Origin: Macrostomum lignano
Lineage: Eukaryota
NCBI GenBank assembly: GCA_002269645.1
Contig: NIVC01000202.1
Coordinates: forward strand, 124,001-188,000
Length of the DNA: 64,000 bases
Direction: 5' to 3'
Positions 26,454 to 37,422 of this stretch are shown here, piece after piece (within the stretch, counting starts at the first letter, position 1; each line of letters begins with the position of its first letter). A program made the translations under genes and the position numbers. Below the pieces are notes generated by a model, which was not told where the DNA came from, did not search any database, and was given only the letters and a program-made list of their open reading frames with translations.

Positions 26454-27130
26454 CGAGGTCGCACGAGTACAAGTCGTTCAGTGCGCCGGACCGGCCGAGG
26501 CCGCCGAACACAAGCAATCGCTGGCGCCACAAGACAGCGCCGTGACCAGCCCTGGCGCACGGCGCGCCGGTGTTGTTATCGCCACTGGCAACAGTTGACC
26601 AGACTCGATTGTGCAAATCGAACCGGTGCAGCGAGCTGTAGAATTCGCCTCTGTGCATGCCACCGTGCACGAACAGCGCCGAGTCCGTGACCGCCACCGC
26701 GTGACCCTGGCGCGGCGTCGGAGGCGACTCCGACACGGAGGAGGCTGAGTCGGCTACTTCAAGGGTCTCCCAGCGACGCTCGGCCAGGTCCAGCCGGTGG
26801 ACGCGGCTGTCCGGCACGGCGTCGGCGCCGGCCAGGCCACCGGAGAACACGTACAGGTGGTCGCCGCGGCAGGCGGCCTCCCCGGCATGGTAAGTCCGGG
26901 GACTCGGCGGCTCGCCGGCTAGCAGCGGGCTGAGCGCTTTCCACTTGCCCGGCGTGCCGTCCGACCGGACGTCGACGTACACAACGTCGGAACGGTTCGA
27001 GTCGGTGCCGGCGCCGGCGAAGGCGAAGACGCGACGAGGACGCGATTCTGTCTGGAAGGCGGCGTGCTCGTAGCGACCAAGCTGGGCCGGGCCGTCCACC
27101 CGGTCCCAGGACAGAGTGCTGAGACAGAGC
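26454..27130 (-). CDS. RABEPK: RABEPK exon 2 of 4 (kelch repeats)
   Basis: RYEHAAF, PPSPRTYHA, LYVFSGG, PTPRQGH, LFVHGG and LLVFGG kelch motifs. Acceptor CCCCAG, donor G|GTGAGA. Confidence 0.92.
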
Positions 27131-27311
27131 CTGGGGATCGGAGGGTTTCGGAAGCATAATACTGGATGCATGCGGCTCGTATATAGACCAAATCAGGGTG
27201 TGCGAGAGTTGCCGGTCAAGGGGGAGCTTTCTATCTGCCCTGAATACTATATACAAAGTATACAATTTGTATCAGGGGAAAGCCAGTTAGAGAGAGGCGC
27301 CCATGCAGCTT

Positions 27312-27712
27312 CAGAAAGTGGCACTAGCTATAAAAGGGGCATTGGCTTCAAAAGGGGCACTAGCTACAAAAGGGGCACTAGCTACAAAAGTGGCACTAGC
27401 TACAAAAGGGGCACTAGCTACAAAAGTGGCACTAGCTACAAAAGGGGCACTAGCTACAAAAGGGGCACCAGCTACAGAAAGGGGCGCCAGCTACACAAAA
27501 GGGGCGCCAGCTACAGAAAAGGGGTGCCAGCTACAGAAAGGGGCGCCAGCTACAGAAAAGGGGCGCCAGCTACAGAAAAGGGGCGCCAGCTACAGAAAAG
27601 GGGTGCCAGCTACAAAAGGGGCGCCGGCTACAAAAAGGGGCGCCAGCTACAAAAAGGGGCGCCAGCAACAAAAAGGGGCACCAGCTACAGAAAGGCGCGC
27701 CCAGCTACAGAA
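27312..27712. repeat. 18-20-bp minisatellite (AGCTACAAAAGGGGCACT / AGCTACAGAAAAGGGGCGCC) in RABEPK intron 1
   Basis: Direct reading. Confidence 0.92.
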
Positions 27713-28324
27713 GACAAGGTGCGCTTTAATTTTGGATTAGAAATTTTTAGGCCACACTTTTCGGCTGTGTAGGGCCGTTTGAAGCTGTGGTAAAAGTGAC
27801 TTGGCTTTGCAGAGCTCTCTTCTCTTTGTCTCCAGTGCCTCGCAATGCCAACCTCACAGGGCCCCCGACTAAGCCTCGAGTTGATGGAGTCTGGGCCGTG
27901 AGTTCCAGTGCCGAATGGGATGGGACTTAGACAAAGGCTCTATTTTTCTTTGTCGTCATAGATCATTTACCGCAAGACTGAGCCAGTCATGGTCAAAAGA
28001 GCCCTGAGCTTACAGTATTTACCAGTCAGATTGTGTGAGCCGAAGCCGACAGTCTACATTGTTTGCTTGTTTACCCCGTAGTGGATTCAGTTGAGCACAA
28101 TGAAATAATCAGCAATGCAGCAATGCATGCATGATACAGGATCACTGAACTATGGCAAGCCGGCTCACTCGGCTGACTGGGAGAAAATGGCTCGTCTGAC
28201 TAAACATCACTAAGGGTTGGGGATTTGGGACTACTGTTTGTGCTGTTGACTGCTTTCAATAGACCTATGAAGCTTGAGTAATAAAGAGAGAAGAGGAGAA
28301 CAGAAATCAAACTTGAGCAGGCGG

Positions 28325-28326
28325 GC

Positions 28327-28411
<85 letters not shown>

Positions 28412-28414
28412 CTA

Positions 28415-28455
<41 letters not shown>

Positions 28456-28458
28456 CTA

Positions 28459-28499
<41 letters not shown>

Positions 28500-28522
28500 C
28501 TAAGACAGACAGACAGACACTA

Positions 28523-28583
<61 letters not shown>

Positions 28584-28586
28584 CTA

Positions 28587-28665
<79 letters not shown>

Positions 28666-28668
28666 TAG
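28325..28668. repeat. (GACA)n with ACACTAAGACA interruptions, RABEPK intron 1
   Basis: Direct reading. Confidence 0.95.
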
Positions 28669-28710
28669 ACCAGAAAACCATGCCAGCAAGCGCCTTCACG
28701 GATGTCTTAC

Positions 28711-28895
28711 CTGTAGTGCTCAGCAAAGGTGCCGTCCGGATTAGCGCCGCCGACTATCAGCACCTGGCCGGCTTGCCGGACAAAAGTAGCCGTGTGTCCG
28801 ACTCGCATTGATGGCGAATCGCCAATGCCAGACAGTACATACCACATGCCCTCCTTGGGCAGTGAGTTCAGTTCCAGGATGGGGTTCAGTTCCAT
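28711..28895 (-). CDS. RABEPK: RABEPK exon 1 of 4; spliced CDS 1197 nt = 398 aa
   Basis: MELNPILE...WYVLSGIGDSPSMRVGHTA...LIVGGANP aligns with the recalled human N-terminus. Donor AG|GTAAG, phase 2. Confidence 0.9.
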
Positions 28896-28943
28896 GACGA
28901 TGAGCTTGTGACTATCTGAGACGGAGATAAAAAAAATGGCAAA

Positions 28944-29294
28944 TCACATCAGGACGCAAACTTTGGATTTATCAGCTGGCGCAGTGGACTCTGGATCGCT
29001 GGGGCGCCGTTTGTTGAGCTTTGAAACCGCGGCCGCCGATGCGATCACTGGCAGGTTGCCAAAGCTTGAATAGTGCTGGATGCGTGACGAACTGCCCAGC
29101 TGTAGGTAGCTCTTCGAGGCTGATAGCCCGATGTATTTGGCGCTGGTTGACAGACTTTGAAAGACGGTCTGCGCCGTGTCCTTGTACCGCTCTCTGATTT
29201 CCTGTTGAGTTTCCTCAGGCAAGTCTGGCAGCACTTCGCCCTGCTCTGTCAAGCTGTCTGGCGAAGCTGGCCTAATCCGCCCCTTCTTGCTCAT
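28944..29294 (-). CDS. Orphan 116-aa protein ending in KSKVCVLM (CaaX prenylation motif)
   Basis: GC-rich non-repetitive ORF beside an AT-rich region, preceded by acceptor CTACAG. No family recognised. Confidence 0.55.
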   Translation of the reverse strand: MSKKGRIRPASPDSLTEQGEVLPDLPEETQQEIRERYKDTAQTVFQSLSTSAKYIGLSASKSYLQLGSSSRIQHYSSFGNLPVIASAAAVSKLNKRRPSDPESTAPADKSKVCVLM

Positions 29295-29575
29295 TCGGCA
29301 TGGTCTGTAGGTTCAGATGTTCAATATGCTAGAGTTGTGTATTGGTAGATACATAGCTAAATGATTTTTTGCTAATATAGCATAATTAATGGTCCTAAGT
29401 TATAATTACAAATAATTGCTTCCAATGATACAAATATCAAACGAAAATAAAATTTAATAGGTTTTTATGCAAATTAAAAATGCATGCAAAAGTAAAAGCT
29501 CTAACATGTCATATTTAAAAACTAGAATCCAGGCTATCACCTATCATTGAAGTATATATAATACATTTAGTATAT

Positions 29576-29758
29576 CAGTGGCGGATCCTGGGGTGGGGGC
29601 CAAGGGGGCTATGCCCCCCCTCAGCTGCCTCGAAAAAATTCTGCTCTTGGCATTTGGCCCCCTTCTAAGTAAAGAAAGGGCTTGGGCCTTGGGGTGGGTT
29701 CCTACTTGGGGTAGTATGAAAAAAGTTGGCCCCCCCTCAAGAAATTCCTGGATCTGCA
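29576..29758. mobile_element. MITE-like relic (CAGTGGCGGATCC terminus)
   Basis: GC-rich 180-bp island in AT-rich DNA. Left end CAGTGGCGGATCCTGG; degenerate inverted right end CCTGGATCTGC. No TSD seen. Confidence 0.45.
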
Positions 29759-30714
29759 TAAAGAAAAAATGTACATTGTAAAGAAAAAAATAGTGCATGT
29801 GCATTTAACAATGCTCATAGAATCTAGAGGATAATAAACCCACTGAATGAAGGATATAAAAGATAAAAATAGTTCCTATATAATATTTCAGCATGTAGTG
29901 TAACACTTAAAACACAATACAAAAACAGCTAGGTCAAGTAAAAAATATACTTTTAATATTATATAGAATTTATACTATAGTGCACATCATTGAAACTTAT
30001 TCAGGAACTACTATTACAAACTAAGAGATAGTTTTCTGCCGCCATTATAACACTATTAATTCGATAATACAAATTTAGCAAATACAAATAAATATTAACT
30101 TGCATTCTAATAAATTAAAGCCTTAAATTTTCTTTTGTAAGTAAATTTAGCCAAAAATTAGTTTAAAAAATTATACCAGGGAAAAGGGTGATTTAACTTG
30201 TCTATTTACGCTTGAAATCGGGTCCTTACGTCAAGTCATTAGTCAAGGTGGATTAAATAAAAGTAAAAATTCTTTTTTGTATGTTATCGCTGAAACAAAT
30301 TTTTAGACAATAACGATACACAAATCAATAGTATTATGCTAGTAAGGCTTTTAATTACTAGAAATTAAATATAAACTATCCTAGCTTGAATTATTTATCA
30401 AAGCAATTTATTAAAATTGTTTATAAATACTTCATTTAAGTTTGAATTTGGTTGGTTTCTTTTTCTTGGTTTCTTTCCAAGAAAACGTTTTTTTATTGAT
30501 CGAAGTACTGACTGTTCAATTTTATCTGGAAATCTCGTTGCTCCCTACCAGGCTACCAACTTTAACAGATTCACATAGCCGGCACAGGTCACAGGTGCAA
30601 GTCTGTTATAGGCCCTATCTTGTACAAGATGCCTTTGATACCCTCAAAGCAATATAAAATTCAAATTATCCTGTGTTAAATAAGCCTGTATATAGAATAT
30701 AGTGCGTGTAGTCG

Positions 30715-30855
30715 CTAGTCGGTAACGGTAACAGCCATTTCGGTAACAGCAACTTCGGTAACAAAAAATGACCACGTCGGTAACAGCCATTTCGGTAACA
30801 TTTCGGTATTTCGGTGTAGTCATACTTAGTCACCGACTATCGGTGTAGTCATACA
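30715..30855. repeat. Short CGGTAACAGCCATTT / CGGTGTAGTCATAC repeat cluster, possibly a transposon subterminal array
   Basis: Direct repeats of CGGTAAC. Confidence 0.55.
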
Positions 30856-31094
30856 TACAAGGCTAGGCTGCTAGGTAGGGCCAATCCAATAAAACAGCTA
30901 CAGGCACTAGGCCTATACCTATTGTATTGATTGCTATACAAAATGCAGGGCCTTGGCCTAGCCTAGGTTAGACTAACTCTACTGAATAGCATTATGATTG
31001 ATTATAGCTCTTTTTTAATAATTTAGGCCATGATGTGTTTTTTACTTTGCTTTGTTGCCACTCATTATTTGCATAGTACCGCATAAAGGTAGGG

Positions 31095-32500
31095 CCTAAC
31101 CCATTGTTTTGCCCATAAACCATTTCAGGCTTCAGCTATGGACATTTTGCCACCAGACCATTTTACCCATAGACTATTTTAGCCATGGACCATTTTGCAT
31201 CCAATTTGGACCAGTCTGGCCAAGGCCATAGTCTGGATCATGCTAGGTGCACACCCAAACAAAAATTGAATAATTACAAATGCACGCCAAAAAAAAATGT
31301 AGTGCATGCCCATTCTAAAAAATATGCTGGTGAGTGGTGTTGCAACAATAAATGACCTTTTTTACATTGTGACAATAAAATATTTTTTTAAATTGCATAG
31401 TAGACCCTTATTACCAGATAATTTGGTTGCTCTTTATGCTTTTTCAGCAATACTATTTATGGCAGAAAATTTATACACCCAAAAATTTGTTTAAATGCCC
31501 TTTTACAAGCTTGATAAAACCGGAAAACTTGAAATTTGCGCTTAAATATGAACTTTTTCATCTTTTTTCTACTTCATAATAACTCTTACACGTGATTCTA
31601 TAAAGTGCATGCCAGGTATGCACATTGCACACATACTATCTTTTCAAGAGTGATGCAAGCCAACTGTGCATGCCTAATTTTGGCATGCAAGGCCAATGCA
31701 TGCCCAAATTTTTGGGCATATACTACATGATCCAGAGTATGGGACCAAGGTGGCAACAAATGCCCAAACTTAGAGAAAAGTTGATAGATTTTTTATACTA
31801 TTCATTTTTATAGTGTATTGCATCACTGGCTAACTGAGAAATAGTTGTACATGTATATTGTAACTTCAATTCAATTCAATTTATTCTAGGCCAAAATGTA
31901 CAATGCAGTTTAATTTATTGATTATTCATTTACTAGCCTTGCAGATATATATATCTATATACATATTTGTAAAACTTAGCTTATATAGTACATGCAAAGT
32001 ATAGACTATAGATTTGAAGACAATTTAAACTAACATAGTAGCTAGCTGACTTCTATAAGTTTTCATAAAACTAGATCTTAGCATTCTGCAGATTATTTTA
32101 GACGCAACTAGTAGTGATTTATCTCTACTATGTAAAAAAGTTGTAAGTAGTCTAGTTTAATTATTGTACTTTTGCATGGAATGACTTTAAAAAACTTGTA
32201 ATAATTCACAATTGTAATAAACAAAGTTGCAACAATGCAATAGGCCTAACACAATTGTTGTAGAAACAATTTAAATCCTATTTTGTTAGGCCTACACATT
32301 TAAACTAAAAATCAGCATTGAAAAAAAGAAAATAAAGATATATGTATGGCTGTATTTCTAAATTACATAATCATCATTTTGGCCAAAAAGCCCATTACCA
32401 AACTGGTTTATAGGCAAAATGGACTATGGCAAAATGGACCTGGGTGAAATGGTCTGGGGATAACACGTCCATGGCCAAAATGGTTTGGGGATAAAACAAC
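31095..32500. mobile_element. Degenerate foldback-like relic with inverted ~18-bp module arrays (ACCATTTTGCC at 31095-31205, GGCAAAATGG at 32400-32500)
   Basis: Arms resemble each other as reverse complements by eye. Termini and TSD not resolved. Confidence 0.4.
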
Positions 32501-33344
32501 TTGAATTCCCATGTAAATAGGTCTAGAATTAAACATTATTTATATGGTAACGAAAATATATACTAGTTTATATACTATATAGTACTGATAGCTATAGTCC
32601 AGTTACATTTGACTACAAATCCATCCTTTTGAAGGCAAATAAGTCATATTTTTATTTATTTCTTTTGAAACACCTTTTGTTTTTTGCATTATCAATAGTA
32701 TAAGCTAATAAAAAAGCTAAGCTATAAACATATATAAACATACCTTAATAACTCTGTTTAATGCCTTTAGTTAGTTTAAACTCATTAAGAAATGAAAAGA
32801 TATAGGGTCCAATATTGAGTAGTGAATTGATAAGATAATTACCTTGATAAGATAACTATTTATAATATATTTTTCTTAGTTACCATGTAAATAACACTAG
32901 CAATATTTACATGGTACTTTGCAAATAAGAACTGCCTTGTTGATATTACTTTAATGATTTTAACAGTTTTTCATAATTTATAAGATAATAATAGTACATT
33001 TAGAATTTGATTTAAGCTATAATGTTAACATTGTTAGTTACATTTGCAAAGTTAATAAAAACTTGCCTTAGATATTTATTGATCTGTAATGTGCTGGTTT
33101 TTATATGTATATCATATTTTTTCTTTGTTTTGTTTTTTTTAGTAAAGTTGTAAGTTACATATAAATTATTAAATTATTTTTTGTTTGTTATTACAAGAGT
33201 ACCACAATTTAAAAGAAAGCTTTCTTTGGTACTACCAATAGTACTACAAGTCTTCTTTGATTGGTAGTGATGTTCATAATACATATAGTATACCTGTCTA
33301 ATTTTTGGTATGCAGCATGTATTCACCATAGCATAAATAGGGAA

Positions 33345-34200
33345 TTGATCAAAAGGCAACAAATCAAAAGGGTGACAGCCAGGAGATAAGAATGACAGTC
33401 AAAAGGGTAATAGTCAAAAAGGCAATAGTTGAAAGCATATATCCAATCTTTCTTGATTTATACTAGCCATGCAATTTACTTTTTGACAAAAAAGTGACTT
33501 AGCTTATATTATGACTTAGAAACCCTAAAACAAAAATTAATACAATGTTGAGTAAACAGCAAGAGTAACTATGACTATCTTATTAAGGCTTAATGCCTTA
33601 TCATCTAATTAGTACCATATCTATATTCTTCTAGCTGTGCATTTTTGCAACTTACCCTTGTTTTACCATAATTTATAGTGGCCAGATTAACTAGGTCAGC
33701 CAGCAGTTGCATATGTATAGTTGAAGTTGAAGACAGTCACAGTGTATTTATTGGATGATTAAACAATTTTTTAAACAAACTAACAATGTAAATTATTTTG
33801 ATGAATGATTATAAAAAATTGACTAAAATGCAATGGCAAAAATTTATACCCATGTCTTAATCATCTATTATTTAGGTTTGTATATAGTTAAAAAGTTAAT
33901 AAAAACAATCTCCTTAAAATGAATAACTTATACATTTCAACAAATACATATGAACAATGGAATACTTATAAATACAGATAATGTTAGAACTTATAGGCAT
34001 GTCTACCATGTCTATAATGGTTAAGTACAGATTTATCTATTGCTTTAAAAGGCCTATTAACAAATTATACAAGTCCAATATATTGTGAACTTATAATTCC
34101 AACATGTGTTGTCTATCACCTCTTTGATTTTTGCCCTCTTGACTATAGACCTTTTGACTATTGCCTTTTTGATCTGTTGAGTGTTGCCCTTTTGACCTAT
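33345..34200. mobile_element. Degenerate foldback-like relic with inverted TCAAAAGG modules (33345-33425 and 34115-34200)
   Basis: TCAAAAAGGCAATAG on the left versus CTATTGCCTTTTTGA on the right. Confidence 0.4.
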
Positions 34201-35144
34201 AGCTGGCATATATATATATACACTTATTCTAGACCTAGAAGAGGCTAAACCATATTATTACTGTTTGTATAAGCACAAAAACATCACAATTAAATTAAAT
34301 AAAAATAATTTAAAAATAAATTAATTAGAAAGTTCATATATTATAAAGTTTATAGTATATAGTTAAATATTTTTTAAAATTTGTTGTATATACATTAAGG
34401 ATAATAGCTTTATCAAGAAATGTTTTCAATTTTTATAAATTAGTATAAACATTTATATCTTTTTTATAATAAGCATATATATTACTTTGGCTAATCTGTT
34501 TTTTTACTGAAGTTAAAGTTAAACCAATGTTAAAATGTACATAGTGGCACTGGGATGGCTAACCAAAGGGTGGTAGGTAAAAGAGTCATCATGCTAAATC
34601 ATGCCATTTCCTTATGTTATGTACATTAGCTATGTACATTTTAATGTTCTAGTAAAAATCAATCAGCAAGAAGCTAAGAGATTTCTTAGCCTAAGAGATA
34701 AGAGAAAGCTGCAAGCACCTAGTACACTTCCTATACTAGTGTATTTTGCCAGGTATATTTGGTGCTAATTAAAAAAAATTGAGAAACTTGTGGTACTTAT
34801 ATCATGATCATAACTATGGATTGTAGATAAGGGTAGATACTGAGTTTTTTTGAATAGACAGAAATAAGTTTAAGTATTAATATTTACAGTCACATCTATA
34901 TTTATTTCATATTTATAGAATTACTTAAGGCTATATTAAAACTTAGCCTCTTAGTGATAAAAAGCAAAAATCGCTGTACAAGAGGTGTTAAGTATTTATA
35001 ACACAAAAAACCTTTTAGAATTGATGATTTTTTACTATGATTTGATACCATTGGCAGATTTTATGTGAGAGTTTGCATCTAAATTAGTTTCCATATTTAA
35101 ATGGACCATGTTTAGATGTATAAGTAGGGCATCCTTTAAAGGGT

Positions 35145-35305
35145 TGGGGGTTGGTGCCTTGGGGGTTGGCCCTCAAGGGCATTAACTGCACAAGCAGAGC
35201 CAAGCTGAGATTCCAATTTAGCCTCAAATTAATGCGACTGCACTTGGAGCCTGGGCCGCTGGCACATCGGAGCGCCACGCTTGACCACTGGGCTACGCCC
35301 CCCCC
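35145..35305 (-). mobile_element. SINE family A, 5-prime part, copy 3, upstream of SDE2
   Basis: Reverse complement matches 19831-19985 including the A-box. The B-box region is partly deleted. Confidence 0.8.
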
Positions 35306-35458
35306 TCACAACCAATATAACAATCCACTAGAGTCAAAATAAGGTAACCAGAACGTAGACCGCGTAGTCACACTAAATAGATGGATTATCCTATAAAGAT
35401 TCAACCATAGCGTCAACTTATTACAAACAAAATTCATGCAAATTCACCTCCAGTAACC

Positions 35459-36712
35459 ATGGCAACCACCAACGATGATTTGCTAAACTCCGCCAACTGC
35501 TACTACACCTGCAATGGAAAAATTTTGCACTCGCCCGAGGAGCTGGCCGCCGCTCGCGCCTCCGGCTTGCCTCTGCGCGCCTGGCCGCGCCTCCCAGGCG
35601 GCAAAGGCGGCTTCGGCTCGCTGCTCCGCTCCATCGGCTCCCAGATTGATAAAACCACTAATAGGGAGATGTGCCGCGACCTCAGCGGCAGGCGTATGCG
35701 CGACGTGAATAATCAGAAGCGCCTGGCTGAATGGGCCTCCGGCGCCAGCGCCCGGGCCGCCGAACGGCAGAAGCGCCGAGAGGAGAAGCGCCAGCGCCGA
35801 CGCCAGCTGCTGGCCTCAGCCGACGGACCAGCCGGTCACGTGATGGAGGACGGCAGCTACCTGGTTGAGAAGGAGCGCATAGTAGATTCGGTTTTCACCG
35901 CGGTCAAGGAAGTTCTGACGGCGCCGAAAAAACGACCGGCGGTTGCGTCGACCAGCGCCGATGCGCCATCGACGTCGGCCCCTGCCGGCCCGTCAAAGCC
36001 GCCGAAGCTGGCCAAGAAATGGTTGGACGCCGATTTAGCCGAACTCGAAGCCGAGGGCAGCAGCGGCGCCAGCAGCAGTAGCAGCGACAGCGACACCGAC
36101 GACCGCGACTCGCCGTCGTCTTCGACTGGCAGCGCGGCGGACGAGTCAAGAAACGGCGATGATGCGAAGCCAGCAACGGAGGAGGCGCCGAAAGCGAACA
36201 GAAGCCAGACGGAACAGCCGCCGCCACAATCTGCAGAGAACAACGTCAATACCAAGACACCAGCCGTCGTCGATACCAAGACACCAGCCGTCGTCGATAC
36301 CAAGGCACCAGCCGTGGTCGATACCAAGGCACCAGCCGTCGTCGATACCAAGGCACCAGCCGTCGTCGATACCAAGGCACCAGCCGTGGTCGATACCAAG
36401 GCACCAGCCGTCGTCGATACCAAGGCACCAGCCGTGGTCGATACCAAGGCACCAGCCGTCGTCGATACCAAGACACCAGCCGTCGTCGATACCAAGGCAC
36501 CAGCCGTCGTCGAACTAATCGACCTATCGGCCATAGACAGTCTGGAGTCGGCCGAAGCCCTAGGCTTGGATTCGTTGAAAGATCAACTGCGACTGCGAGG
36601 ATTGAAATGCGGCGGCAGCCTGCGAGATCGGGCTCAGCGTCTGCTGGCTGTGCGCGGCCTGCAGCCGGGCGATTATCCGGCCGCTCTGCTGGCCAAACCG
36701 GCTAAGAAGTGA
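35459..36712 (+). CDS. SDE2: SDE2 (ubiquitin-fold-activated splicing / replication-stress factor), intronless, 417 aa
   Basis: [17 protein letters not shown]...[17 protein letters not shown] signature and C-terminal [28 protein letters not shown] domain. Confidence 0.95.
   Translation: MATTNDDLLNSANCYYTCNGKILHSPEELAAARASGLPLRAWPRLPGGKGGFGSLLRSIGSQIDKTTNREMCRDLSGRRMRDVNNQKRLAEWASGASARAAERQKRREEKRQRRRQLLASADGPAGHVMEDGSYLVEKERIVDSVFTAVKEVLTAPKKRPAVASTSADAPSTSAPAGPSKPPKLAKKWLDADLAELEAEGSSGASSSSSDSDTDDRDSPSSSTGSAADESRNGDDAKPATEEAPKANRSQTEQPPPQSAENNVNTKTPAVVDTKTPAVVDTKAPAVVDTKAPAVVDTKAPAVVDTKAPAVVDTKAPAVVDTKAPAVVDTKAPAVVDTKTPAVVDTKAPAVVELIDLSAIDSLESAEALGLDSLKDQLRLRGLKCGGSLRDRAQRLLAVRGLQPGDYPAALLAKPAKK
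36248..36511 (+). repeat. Coding 24-bp minisatellite, 11 x (D/N)TK(A/T)PAVV, inside SDE2
   Basis: 11 in-frame units counted. Confidence 0.95.
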
Positions 36713-37019
36713 CCTTTCTAAGAAGTGTTTTTTAACCAGCCAGAGCCTTGGCTTCAATTAAATGCTGCTTCATTTAACAACACTCGTAACCAGAAATATG
36801 CGTTGCGTTCTCTCTAACTTGTGCGTAAAAAATTACTACATATTAATTATATTTTATGCAAATGCTGCATCTTTCTCGTGTAATACATTAATTAATCGCG
36901 AAAAAGCAAACTATATTGAATTTTTGCCGTTTTTTGTTTTTATGCATCGGTTTGTAAAATATTTTTGTTACTATTTAGGCATTGTTTAAAAGTGAGATTC
37001 ATTGCGTAAATTTTAGACA

Positions 37020-37380
37020 GTGGAGTAGATGCTGAAGTAGATAATAGGGTAGAGAATATACGGTAGAGTAAAGAATCTACTATAGAGTAGAGAATAGATG
37101 GTAGAGTTTATAGTAGAGTAGAGAATAGACGGTAGAGTTGATAGTAGAGTAGAGAATAGACGGTAGAGTTGATGGTAGAGTAGAGAATAGACGGTAGAGT
37201 TGATAGTGGAGTAGAGAATAGACTGTCAGAGTTGATAGTAGAGTAGAGAATAGACGGTAGAGTTGATAGTGAATAGACGATAGAGTTGATAGTAGAGTAG
37301 AAAATAGACTGTCAGAGTTGATAGTGGAGTAGAGAATAGACGGTAGAGTTGATAGTGGAGTAGAGAATAGACGGTAGAGT
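37020..37380. repeat. 31-bp minisatellite (GTAGAGTAGAGAATAGACGGTAGAGTTGATA) between SDE2 and UBE3B
   Basis: Direct reading. Confidence 0.9.
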
Positions 37381-37422
37381 CGAGATTACACGGCAACTCC
37401 GCCGCCGCCCGCAGCCCAGCGA

